NCBI GenBank assembly: GCA_051313645.2 | Contig: JBNRSN020000086.1 | Coordinates: 1,922,001-1,986,000 of the forward strand | DNA from: Centroscyllium fabricii | Taxonomy: Eukaryota | DNA: 64,000 nucleotides | Direction of reading: 5' to 3' | In this document: piece after piece, positions 47,251 to 58,939 of the stretch | Position numbering within the stretch: position 1 is the stretch's first letter | Layout: each line of letters begins with the position of its first letter | Translations under genes and position numbers: made by a program | Notes under the pieces: generated by a model | Database searches by the model: none | The model's input: only the letters and a program-made list of their open reading frames with translations | What the model was told of the DNA's origin: nothing

Positions 47251-49661
47251 CACTCTGTGTTCTTTTAAGCACCGGTATGTCCTTGCAGAACAAAAGGCTG
47301 TCGACGCAGCACACCCAAGCTCACCCCGAGCTCTCTCCCCAACACACGACCTCACCACGACCTCTCTCACCAACACACCTGAGCTCAGTTGGTAGCACTC
47401 TCGCCTCGGAGTCAGAAGGTTGTGGGTTGAAGTCCCACTCCAGAGACTTGAGCACAAAATCTAGGCTGACACTTCAGTGGGCTGGAGCGTTTCAGCTATG
47501 AAGAGAGACTGGACAGGCTGGGGTTGTTTTCCTTGGAGCAGAGAAGGCTGAGGGGGGACCTGATTGAGGTGTACAAAATTATGAGGGACATAGATAGGGT
47601 AGATAGAAAGGAACTTTTCCCTTAGTAGAGGGCTCAATAACCAGGGGGCATAGCTTCAAGGTAAGGGGCAGGAGGTTTAGAGGGGATTTGAGGAAGAACT
47701 TTTTCACCCAGAGGCTGGTTGGAATCTGGAACTCACTGCCTGAAAGGGTGGTAGAGGCAGGAACCCTCACAACATTCAAGAAGCATTTAGATGAGCACTT
47801 GAAATGCCATAGCATACAAGGTTACGGAGCAATCGCTGGAAAATGGGATTAGAATAGACAGGGCTTGATGGCCGGCGCCGACACGATGGGCCGAAGGGCC
47901 TCTTTCTGTGCTGGATAACTCTGTGACTCTGCAGTACTGAGGGGTGTGCCGTCTTTCGGATCTGAGGCACCATCTGCTCTCTCAGGTGGACATAAAAGAT
48001 CCCATGGCATTTTTTCGAGGAAGAGCTTGGGTAGTTATCCCCGGTGTTCTAGCCAATATTTATCCCTCAATCAACATCGCTAAAACAAATTATCTGGTCA
48101 TTATGACATTGCTGTTTGGGGGAGCTTGCTGTGCGTAAATTGGCTGCCGCGTTTCCTACATTACAGCAGTGACTACACTTCAAAAAAAGTACTTAATTGG
48201 CTGTAAAGTGCTTTGGGACGTCCAGTGGACGTGAAAGGCGTTATAGAACATAGAACATACAGCACTGTACAGGCCCTTGGGCCCTCAATGTCGTGCCGCG
48301 CTTAGTCCGTCTCTGATTTTTCCTGTCCCCCCCTACTCTTCCTTCCCCTCCATGTACCTATATATCATCCTTTTAAAAGCACCCAGACTGTCCACATCTA
48401 CTATTTCAGATGGTAGCCTATTCCACTCCCCGACCACTCTCTGTGTAAAGAACTTGCCCCTGCCATCCCTTCTGAATCTTCCTCCTTGAATCTTGTGCTC
48501 GTGCCCTCTTGTTGTCGTTCTTCCCACCCGGGGAAACAGTCTCTGCACGTTTACTCTATCGATCCCCTTCATCATCTTAAACATCTCTATTAAGTCCCCC
48601 CTCTTCCTTCTCCGCTCCAGGGAGAAGAGACCCAGCTCCCTCAACCTCTCCTCATACGACTTTCCCACCATTCCCGGCAGCATCCTGGTGAATCTCCTCT
48701 GAACCCTCTCCAACGCCTCCACATCCCTCCTGTAGTACGGTGCCCAGAACTGCACACAGTACTCCAAGTGTGGTCTCACCAGTGACCTGTACAGCTGTAG
48801 CATGACCTCCTTAAACTCTATTCCCCTGTTGATGAAGGCCAATACACCATAGGCCTTTTTTACTGCCTTATCCACCTGGGTTGCAGCCTTCAATGATCTG
48901 TGTACATATACTCCCAGATCCCTTTGCTCCTCTGCTTCGCTCAGGACCCTGCCGTTGACCCTATATTCCCTATTACTATTTGCCCTACCGAAGTGTATCA
49001 CCTCGCATTTCCCCGTGTTGAACTCCATTTGCCATTCTTCAGCCCAGCTCTGCATCCTATCTATATCCCTCTGAATCCTTCTACTTCCTTCCTCCTCATC
49101 CACTACTCCCCCAATCTTTGTGTCATCTGCAAATTTGCTGACCCACCCCTCAGTCCCCTCCTCCAAGTCATTGATTGTTGAGGCCTGCAAGGCTGAAGGA
49201 CCACGCTGGACACAGAGAGGTTGAATGCAGAGTTTTTATTAACTACTTGTTACAGCTAGGGCCAGGTAGGGAGAAAGAGAGAGAGCCACCTGGCTCTCAG
49301 ATATTTAAAGGTCCCGCGGCTGGGGACGTCACTGCCGGCTGGCCTCCTGGTGACGTCATCACGTCGGGGAAGTCCGTGCGTCCTCCGACGGGCGGGGCCG
49401 CTTTGCAGCCTTCCCAGCGCGGGTTCGTGGCTGCCGGTGGGCGTGTCGCCACACAGCTCCCCCCCAGAATCCGCGAGGGGAAGTGTAGTTTCCTAGAGGA
49501 GAGGGAGACAAAAAGGAGAGCAGACACACATTTCGATTACACACAGAATGTCCGACAGTTTGCCGCAATGGCCTGGTGTTGTGGCCGGCAGGTGTTGTGT
49601 GCTGTTCCGTGGTTCGAAAGATGGTGTTGTGGCGGGCCGTCTATGCTCTGCCCGTGTCGCC

Positions 49662-52600
49662 TCAGGCGAGGCGCTTGGGTGGCCTGATGGTACGGCCGGC
49701 ACGTGTGATGTGTTGCTTGTTGGTCTGTGTGGGAGTGTGGGCGGGTTTTGGTGCGGTAGGGCGGCCGCGTTTAGGTGGTTGTGCGGGGACTGTTGTCTCG
49801 CCCGCCATTACGTGTGCTGGTTTGAGCCGGTCAATGGATACGGTCTCAGTTCTGTTGCCCATTTGAATGTCAAAAGTCTTGGGTCCCGCCCGAAGCACTC
49901 TAAATGGCCCGTCGTACGGTGCCTGCAGCGGTGCTTTGTGAGAGTCATGGCGGACAAACACGTACTTGGCGTCCTGAATGGTGTTGGGGACGCGTGTCGC
50001 CGGTTGACCGTGGCGGGCCACCGGAAGTGGTTTGAATTCTGCTGCCTGGTTGTTGAATTCCCTGAGGCAGCGCTCGGCCGACCAGGGTTCGTTTGTTTCT
50101 GCGACGAACTCGCCTGGTACGGTTAGTGGTTGGCCGTAAACGAGTTCGGCTGCCGAGGCGTGTAGATCTTCTTTGGCCGCTGTGCGGAGGCCGAGCATTA
50201 CCCAGGGCAGGCGGTCCGTCCAGGTTGCGTCCTGGAGGCTGGCCCGCAGGGATGTTTTAAAAGTTCGGTGGAACCGTTCGCAGAGGCCGTTGGCTTGCGG
50301 GTGGTAGGCAGTGGTTCGGTGCAGGGTTACCCCAAGGTCGTGAGCGATGGTTGACCATAGAGTTGAAGTGAATTGGGGGCCCCTGTCTGAAGTAATGTCG
50401 TTGGGGACGCCGAAGCGGGCGACCCAGGTGGCGATGAAGGCCCTGGCCAGTTCGGCGGTGGTGGTCGTGTTGAGGGGGACCGCTTCAGGCCAGCGGGTGG
50501 TGCGGTCGACCATTGTGAGGAGGTACAAGTGTCCACGTGATGGGGGTAGTGGTCCAACCAGGTCGATGTGCACGTGGCTGAAGCGTCTGGCTGGGATGGC
50601 GATTGGTTGGAGCGGTGCTTTGATGTGTTTGTGCACCTTGGCTCGCTGGCAGGCATTGCACGAGGTGGTCCAGGCGCGGACATCTTGTTTTAGGCCGCGC
50701 CAAACGAATCGCGCAGAGATGAGCTTGGTGGATGCGCGGACGCCGGGGTGGGAGAGGCCGTGGAGGGTCTGGAAGATGTGCTGCCTCCACGCGAGGGGCA
50801 CCACGGGCCTGGGTTGGGGCAGGGTGACGTCGCAGCGGACCGCCGTGGCTGTGGGTCCGTGTGCTACGGTGGCCAAGAGTAGGCCGGGAAGTTTGTTGGT
50901 GGGGTCGAGGAGGTCGGGATCGCTGAGTTGGTCGGCCGCCATTTTGACGTAGTCGACCGCGGTCTGGACAGTGTTGGTGGTTGGGAATGCGCAGCAGTGT
51001 GCGCAGGCGCGGTTGGTGGCTGGGGTTGGGGGGTGGTCGGCGGTTTGGGTGCCGGTTGTGCCTGCGCTGCTGATGGCGGGGCCCGCGGGGTGGTCGGGGT
51101 TGGGCTTGTGAATGGCGGGTCGTGAGAGGCAGTCGGCGACCACGTTGTCGCGGCCGGCAATGTGCTGGATGTCGGTCGTGAACTCGGACACGGCCGCGAG
51201 CTGGCGCTGCTGCCTGGCCGACCAGGGTTCGGAGAGCTTAGCCATTGCGGAGACTAATGGTTTGTGGTCCACAAATGCTGTAAAGTGGCGGCCCTCTAAA
51301 AGGAAGCGGAAGTGGCGCACTGCGAGGTAGAGAGCGAGTAGCTCCCTATCGAAGGCACTGTACTTGACCTCTGGGGGCCGGAGGCGGCGGCTGAAAAAGG
51401 CCAGTGGTTGCCATGAGTCGCCCGACCACTGCTCGAAGACTGCTCCGACAGCGTGGTCGGAGGCGTCGGTGGTGAGGGCTACTCTGGCGTTGGGCCTGGG
51501 GTGGCTGAGGAGGGTGGCTTTGGCAAGGGCCGTTTTGGTTGCGGTGAAAGCGGTGGCGGCTTCGGCCGTCCACTCGACCGCGGTCTTGTTGGATTGCCCG
51601 TGGGTGGCCTGGTAGAGGGGGGCCATGAGGGCGGCTGCGCCGGGGATGAAACGGTTGTAAAAATTAACCATTCCAAGGAATTCCTGCAGCCCCTTGATGG
51701 AGTGCGGGCGGGGGAATTCCTGGACCGCCTGCACCTTGGAGGGCAGGGGTATGGCCCCGGTGTGGGAGATGTGGTGGCCGAGGAAGTCAATAGCCTCGAG
51801 GCCGAATCGGCATTTGGAGGGGCTTAATATGAGGCCGTGGTCGGCCAGGCGTTTAAAAAGGGTTCTGAGGTGGATGAGGTGTTCCCGGGGGGAGGCGCTG
51901 GCCACCAGGATGTCGTCGAGATAGACGAATGTGAACTGGAGGTCCCGGAGGACTGAGTCCATGAGGCGCTGGAAAGCCTGGGCCGCGTTTTTGAGTCCGA
52001 AGGGCATCCGGAGAAATTCAAATAGGCCGAATGGGGTGATGACGGCTGTCTTAGGGACATCCGCCGGGTGCACTGGAACTTGGTGGTAGCCCCGTACCAG
52101 GTCGATCTTTGAAAAGACCGTGCAGCCGGCTAGCCTCACGGAAAAATCCTGGATGTGGGGGACTGGGTACCTATCCGGGGTGGTGGCGTTGTTGAGGCGG
52201 CGGTAGTCTCCGCAGGGGCGCCAGCCGCCATCGGGTTTAGGGGCAATGTGGAGGGGGGGAGGCCCAGGGGCTGCTGGAGCGGCGGATGATGCCGAGCTGT
52301 TCCATGATGTGAAACTCGGCTCGAGCGATCTCTAGCTTGGCCGGGTCCAGCCTGCGTGCGTGGGCGTGGACCGGGGGGCCTGTGGTGGTGATGTGGTGCT
52401 CTACGCCGTGCTTGGCGGAGCGGGCTGTGAAGGTGGGGTTGGTTAGGGTGGGGAACTCGGCGAGCAGCGTGGCGTACGTGTCGGAGTTGCGGGCCCGGCA
52501 GTGAGCTGCCGCGTGGGTCTGGTGTGCTGGGGCTGTGGAGCCCGGAATGGTCGACATGATTTGGATGTCGACCAGGCGGCGCCGGGTAACATCGACAAGG

Positions 52601-52985
52601 AGCCCGTGGGCGCACAGAAAGTCGGCTCCGAGTAGGGGCGTGTTAACCTGCGCGGTGATGAAGTCCCACGTATACCTGTGGCCTGCTAGTTTAATGGTAA
52701 GCTGGCGGGTACCGAACGTGAGTATCTCGGAGACGTTTGCGGCTTCGAGTGGTGGGCCTTGGGTGCCCTGCTTGGATTCTGCGGGGGAGGCTGGCACGAT
52801 GCTGTGCTGCGCGCCTGTGTCGCAGAGGAAACGGAGGCCTGAGACACTGTCTGTAACGAAGAGCAGCGCTCCGGAGCGGCCGACGCACATGGTGGGGCTG
52901 GGGCAGGTTTGGGGTTTGAAGTTGCAGGGCGGAACGCAGCGCTGCGCTTTGGCCTCAAACCTGGTATGGTAGTAGCACCAGCCGG
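49662..52985 (-). CDS. pol: Gypsy NC-protease-RT-RNase H-integrase polyprotein (one frameshift in a C-run at about 52255)
   Basis: LCDTGA, YLDD, TDAS, HHCC zinc finger, HIDLVGP, SDRG, ERF, GPF. Confidence 0.92.
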
Positions 52986-53506
52986 TTGCCGCGGTGCGTG
53001 GCTTTAATGAGCTTGTCTGCCTCCTGAGCTAGCTGCCTGTTTGAGAGGTGCTCCAAGACCGTCAGTGTCGGTCTGATGGAGGGCGGCAGCTTAAGGAGGT
53101 AGAGGGCGCGCTTAAGGGTGTCTGAGTCGCGATTAAGCGCCTCGAACTGGGCCCACAAGTCGGTGGGGTCTGCATCTCCCAGGTCGGGGAGGTTAATGAC
53201 CTGGCAATCGCGCTCGAAAATGGTTGGGGTAAATTTTGCGAGCAGCGCGGCCTTTAGCGATTCGTACCTGCCAGCAGAAGTGTCTTCCTCGATGGTGTCC
53301 CACATTCTGTCGATGGTGGACTGTGCGAGGGCTGCGAAGAGCAGGCTGTAGCGGTCGTCTGCGTGCACGCCATGAATGCGGAAGGTGTTCTCGGTGTTGC
53401 GAAACCAAGCCGCTGGACGGAGCTCCCAGAATTGTGGTATGGTTGGGACCGGGAGGTAAACTTGGCCCCGTCTGCCTTGGCGTGCTGAGTCGGTTGCTGC
53501 TGGCAT
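52955..53506 (-). CDS. gag: Gypsy gag capsid region
   Basis: IPQFWELRPAAWFRNTE...YESLKAALL...LGDADPTDL, typical of CsRn1-type gag. Confidence 0.85.
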   Translation of the reverse strand: MPAATDSARQGRRGQVYLPVPTIPQFWELRPAAWFRNTENTFRIHGVHADDRYSLLFAALAQSTIDRMWDTIEEDTSAGRYESLKAALLAKFTPTIFERDCQVINLPDLGDADPTDLWAQFEALNRDSDTLKRALYLLKLPPSIRPTLTVLEHLSNRQLAQEADKLIKATHRGNRLVLLPYQV

Positions 53507-55256
53507 GGTGGTATCGATTCGGCTGCGGCAGCTTGTCCCTCAGTCCTGCAGTGGCTGCTTCATTGTTCACCTGAGAAACGTCTCAGGTATCGGGGTCACC
53601 AGTGTTGAGGCCTGCAAGGCTGAAGGACCACGCTGGACACAGAGAGGTTGAATGCAGAGTTTTTATTAACTACTTGTTACAGCTAGGGCCAGGTAGGGAG
53701 AAAGAGAGAGAGCCACCTGGCTCTCAGATATTTAAAGGTCCCGCGGCTGGGGACGTCACTGCCGGCTGGCCTCCTGGTGACGTCATCACGTCGGGGAAGT
53801 CCGTGCGTCCTCCGACGGGCGGGGCCGCTTTGCAGCCTTCCCAGCGCGGGTTCGTGGCTGCCGGTGGGCGTGTCGCCACATGATAAAGATTATAAATAGT
53901 AGTGGCCCCAACACCGACCCCTGTGGCACCCCACTGGTGACCGGTCTCCAACCCGAGTATTGGCCCTCTACCACTACCCTCTGCTTTCTCTGAGCCAGCC
54001 AGTTCTCAATCCATCCCACTACTTCGTTGTTTACCCCGCAACTCCTTACTTTCTTCATGAGTCGACCGTGCGGGACCTTGTCGAACGCCTTGCTGAAGTC
54101 CATATATATGACATCAACCGCCTTTCCCTCGTCCACACACTTGGTCACCTCTTCAAAGAATTCTATCAGGTTGGTCAGGCACGATTTGCCCTTAACGAAT
54201 CCGTGCTGACTGCTCCTGATTAATTTGCCCCTTTCTAGATGGTCGTAGATCCTGTCCCTCAGGACCCTATCCATCACCTTTCCGACCACCGAGGTAAGGC
54301 TGACTGGTCTGTAGTTCCCTGCCACGTCCCTGCTCCCCTTTTTAAATATGGGAACCACATTCGCCTCTCTCCAGTCCTCAGGGACTATCCCCGAGGATAG
54401 CGAGGAACTAAAGACAGTTATATGAATGCAAGTCTTTATTTCTTTCTCTCCCCGAGTTCTCTCTCTACCCCAACACACCTGAGCCTGGCCTCACTCTCCA
54501 GATCACGATCTGGATCCCAAGTCCAACTCCAGCCTTTCTGCACTCCGACAATCTCGAGCCAATCATCCTTGAGCCAGCAGAAGAAGATGTTTGCAATTAG
54601 TGTATTGTGCCAATCATCCAGATACCATCAATAATGCATCAGTGTGGTCTAATTATTAGCATAACACAGTGCGTTGGCACCCAGTGCTGGCAATTATAGC
54701 CCCTCGTTGGCTGCTAGATATTTGCTGATTACTACATTTTAAGCGGCGCCAGTTAATCGTGTTTTATGACCAGTCTATTACCGAGCTAACAAAGGTTACT
54801 TTTATTTATTTCCCCCAGCCCCACCACCCCTCTTGCTTCCCTCTTAATGAAACTCTCCTAAAATTGCATGAAAAGCATTTTGGGGAAAGTGCACTCGGCT
54901 GCTGCCCTCCGGCTACAGATTAGCGCACAGTCTGAACCCATGAATCTTTCATGTGCTCACTGCTGCGTGTGATGGTACTCCCGATGCGAAGCAGCCACAC
55001 AGAGCTGACGGGAACAGGTGACTTGAAGTTCATGTTTTATTCAGTTCAAGCTGGTATTTTTGATTTTTTTTTTTTGCGGGGCGCAGGTAGGACTAATTCA
55101 GGTCAGGGCGCCCACTTCCGACATCCTTCGCTCGCGGGCCTTTTGGTGAATGATGCAGCCATGATACCGAGTCAGCAAGGAGAGGTGAACTGGCTCTGAT
55201 GGTGCGAATTGGAGTCACGTTCAACTTGTTGTTTCATGACATAGAGCTACACAGTA

Positions 55257-55710
55257 CAGGTTGAGCACCATTAATCCGGACACCGAGTGTCCGGCAACTT
55301 CAAACGTCTGGCACGAATCTGGCCGACTGGTGCGCGCATGCGCAAAATGGCCGCCGCGCTTGGCTGCGCATGCCCAGGCCTCTCCCCGACTGCCCTGCGC
55401 ATACGCAAAATGGTGGCTGCGCATGTGCAGACCAATCGGGGAGGCCTGTACCTGTACCAATATGGCCGCCACGCTTGGCTGCGCATGCCCGGGCCCCTCG
55501 GCGAGCGCATGCGCAGTCCAATCGGGGAGGCCTGTACCTGTACCAATATGGCCGCCGCGCTTGGCTGCGCATGCGCATACCATTCAAAATTTCGCAGCGG
55601 CCATTTTGAATGTTCTGCGCATGCGCTCGGCGAACTTCAATCATCCGGGTTTTTCAAGGATTCGGCACGGTCCTGGTCCCAACCATGCTGGATTAACGAA
55701 GCTCAACCTG
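55257..55710. mobile_element. Tigger/pogo-like MITE
   Basis: TA TSD, TIRs, and internal gcgcatgcgc / aatggccgcc repeats. Confidence 0.85.
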
Positions 55711-56087
55711 TAATTTACGGCACAGAAACAGACCATTTGGCCCATGCCGGTGTTTATGCTCCACACGAGCCTCCTCCCACCGTACTTCATCTCATCCTGT
55801 CAGCATAACCATCTATTCCTTTCTCTCTCGTGTATATATCGCTTGCCCCTTAAATGCATCTGTGCTATCCACCTCAACTACTCCCTGTGGTAGCAAGTTC
55901 CACATTCTCACCATTCTCTTGGTAAAGAAATCTTGCCTGAATTCATTGTTGGATTTATTCGTGACTCTGTTATATTTCTACTTCTTTTGTTTTTATTTCG
56001 GGTAAGACATGACAGCAAGCCTGTTCGTCGGAGCTGCATCTGAAAGAGGCTCTGCTGTTCCCCAGACACTACGCTGCGAGTGTTTCA

Positions 56088-56101
56088 GTAACCATGGCAA
56101 C
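56088..56101. promoter_or_regulatory. RFX X-box motif (candidate)
   Basis: GTAACCATGGCAAC, a near-perfect palindromic X-box, in non-repetitive DNA. Confidence 0.45.
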
Positions 56102-56454
56102 TAAACCTGTCCCCTGCTGTCAGTAACTTTTGAAGTCTGCTGCCGGTAGCAGCAAGCCCGAAGAACAAGAGGTTCGGAGATGGGGTGGGGGGGGCGGAGT
56201 TTAAAGTTCAGGTGGAACGCTGCCATCGCTTTGGTAATTTAGTTCGGCCGGAGCCGGTCATGTTTTCGAAACGATCCGCGAAAGAAACAAATGGATCAGC
56301 TGTCTGAGTGGGTCCGGAATCAGGGACATGAACACCAACTCCCAGTGACGGGGAGGCTGATGTAGATTCTCTCGTCAGTTCGACGCCCGTGTCGTTTTTG
56401 CAGCATCTGACACCGTTTTGATGAAAGATAAAACCACAAATGTTTGCAAGCCAG

Positions 56455-56920
56455 GAATGAAAAAGACTTGCATTTATATAGTACCTTTCATGACCAGCAA
56501 ATGTCCCAAAGCGCTTTACAGTCAGTGAAGTACTTTTTGAAGCGTAGTCACTGTTGTAATGTAGGCCACGCGGCAACCAATTTGTGCACGGTAAAGTCCC
56601 ACAAACAGCAATGTGATATTGACCAGGTAATCTGTTTTTTGGTGATGTTGGTTGAGGGCCAAATATTGACCAGGACACCGGGGATAACTCTCCTGCTCTT
56701 TTTCAGAATTGTGCCATGAGATCGTTTACGTCTGCCTGAGAGAGCAGACGGGACCTCGGTTTAACATCTCATCCGAAAGATGGCACCTCCGACAGTGCAG
56801 CACTCCCCCAGTCCTGCACTGGAGTGTCAGCCGAAATTATGTGCTGAAGTCTCTGGAGTGGGACTTGAACCCACAACCTTGTGACTCTGAGGCGAGGGTG
56901 CTACCCACCGAACCACAGCT
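56455..56920 (-). mobile_element. SacSINE1-like DeuSINE, full length (a degenerate + copy follows at 57030-57330)
   Basis: Reverse complement of the 29485-29942 family. Confidence 0.85.
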
Positions 56921-58787
56921 GAAGTTGTCTGGAAAACTCAAAGCCAGGCACAAGTCAAGTCAGCCACTGGAAGGGAAACGGCATGCTGATGTTTGGGTGG
57001 GAGCTTTCCCCAGGTTTTGGCCTGCCCCTCGCGCTTCTGAATCAGGAGGTCGTGGGTTCGAGCCCCTGCTCCAGAGGCTAGAGCGCATAATCCAGGCCGA
57101 TACTCCCAGTGCAGGGGAGTGCTACCCGACGTCCTGGCCAATATTTACCCCTCAACCAACACATAAAAACAGATAATCTGGTCATTATCGCTGTTTGTGG
57201 GGCCATGCTGAGTGCAAAGTGGCTGCCCCGTTTCCTATATTACAACAGTGACTACACTTCAAAAAGAAAATTCTTAATTGGCTGTAAAGTGCTTTGGAAT
57301 GTCCTGAGGTTTTATAAATGAAAGTCCTTTTTTCATTTCTAGTATGTTGTTTGTTTATGGTTCATGTTATTCTCCAATCTTTCCTCACATTATCTCTCTG
57401 TGTCTCTGCACTGTCCTACTCAGGGCAGGTAGTCCAGATGGGAACAGCTGCATAGGTGTCAACCTAGGTTGATCCAACGAGTGAGAACCTGTACGGATTG
57501 TGGGCAAGGAACTTCTGTCCTGGTGACCTCCCTTAAGATTGGCGCCCTTCACACTCCCCCGCCCCCAACCTTTCAGCCCACCTTAGCAACGCTCCAATAT
57601 TAATTTCAGATGAGGCAGGGATTTGGATTCAGGTCCCCCTTGTGCTCTGGCTGCTGCATCGCTCTCTTTGAATATTTGAATAAAATTATCACAATGATCC
57701 AAAACATTGCTCACTGACATGGTCTCATCAGCAGCTCTCCACGTCCCCCATTCCAACCCCCCCCCCCAATAATAGACCATCATCTCTCCACTAACCTCCC
57801 ACCGACAGCCACTATAAGACCCTCGGTCGGAGGGGCTTTGCTTTGGAAAAATGGCTATTTGAAACTGTCCAAACAATGCTTCAAACACGCACAGTGCAAC
57901 AGTCAGGAAATCTCATCCAGCCAACAGGCAGATTCTAATTGCGAAACAGCAAGTGGCATTATGCTGCGTTATGTTAATAATTAGGCCAATGCTGATACAT
58001 TATTGATGGGGATCTGTATAATTGGCACAATATGCTAATGCTCTTCATTACATTGCACAGAGGGGGCCTCACTCAATCAGAGTGCTGCGATCTCAGTCAG
58101 CTGATACCGGTGCCTCTAAGCCTGCTGTTTTTGCTGCCCCTCCAGTCAACCAGTAGTTGAAGAGTATTCACATCATCTCACCATGCCAATAAACCAATGT
58201 TGGGTTCGGTTCAACAACTAAATTATCTTAATGTATTCAAAATATTGTTCCCATCAAATTTCACTGCACAGGAGAAACACATTCACCAATCTAACAACTA
58301 CAAGCTCATACTGTTTTCAACTACCTCTAAATGCTTCAATACTGGAGATGGTAAAACTCTTAAGTGATGCAATGAACTGCAACAACAGTGTGACAGACTT
58401 TAAGAGGCCACTCGGCATTAAGGCCATTAGTCACCGACTTCGCTGACTGACCTGCGGGAGTAGTTTTTCCTATTTACTGCAGGATAAACACAGCTGCTCA
58501 AAGAAAGAAGGAACTTGCATTTATATAGCGCCTTTCACGACCTCAGGGCGTCCCAAAGGCCTCCCTGACACTGCAACGATGAGAGCAGAAACTTGAAGTT
58601 ATCCTCGGATAATGACCCTTTGACACATTAGGGTAGTTGAGCACTGTAAATCTTTGGGTATAATATGCACTTTCCCTCATCCCAACAAAAAATTATGTTA
58701 AAAGGTTTACGCAAACAAACTACTAAATAACCATTTATCAATTTGTTTAGTTCACTACTAGGCTTGAATCCAAATCCCAGCTTCTAA

Positions 58788-58930
58788 AATGTAAGAAGTC
58801 ACACAACACCAGGTTATAGTCCAACAGCTTTATTAGAAATGAGTGATTTCTAATAAAGCTGTTGGACTATAACCTGGTGTTGTGTGACTTCTTACATTTG
58901 TCCACCCCAGTCCAACACCGGCATCTCCAC
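58788..58930. mobile_element. Penelope-type inverted terminus (perfect hairpin)
   Basis: About 54-bp perfect arms around a gagtg loop. Same family as 23101-23303 but lacking the ribozyme core. Confidence 0.8.
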
Positions 58931-58939
58931 CTCCACAGG

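Larger units (their letters stand above)
49176..53880 (-). mobile_element. Full-length CsRn1-clade Ty3/Gypsy LTR retrotransposon
   Basis: 278-bp TG..CA LTRs (49176-49453, 53603-53880), 4-bp TSD tgat, tRNA-Trp PBS TGGTGACCCCGA (53590-53601), PPT, and CHCC gag motif CYYH-x9-CVPPC. Confidence 0.97.
48245..54415 (-). mobile_element. Young 5'-truncated CR1 LINE, interrupted by a Gypsy element
   Basis: Near-identical to 43388-44630. The halves rejoin across the tgat TSD. Confidence 0.92.
47383..54440 (+). mobile_element. DeuSINE split by CR1 (+, 47478-47930) and by CR1/Gypsy (48245-54415)
   Basis: Head 47383-47477, body 47930-48245, tail aatgcaagtcttt at about 54425-54440. Confidence 0.7.
54596..58039. 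repeat. Long-range imperfect inverted repeat (arms 54596-54669 and 57964-58039)
   Basis: The arms are reverse-complementary over about 75 nt, with weaker extension to about 54735 / 57900. Confidence 0.85.

Noticed and set aside
56208-56410. Possible minus-strand terminal exon
   Set aside because: Peptide not recognisable, acceptor weak, and the upstream part of the ORF is SINE.
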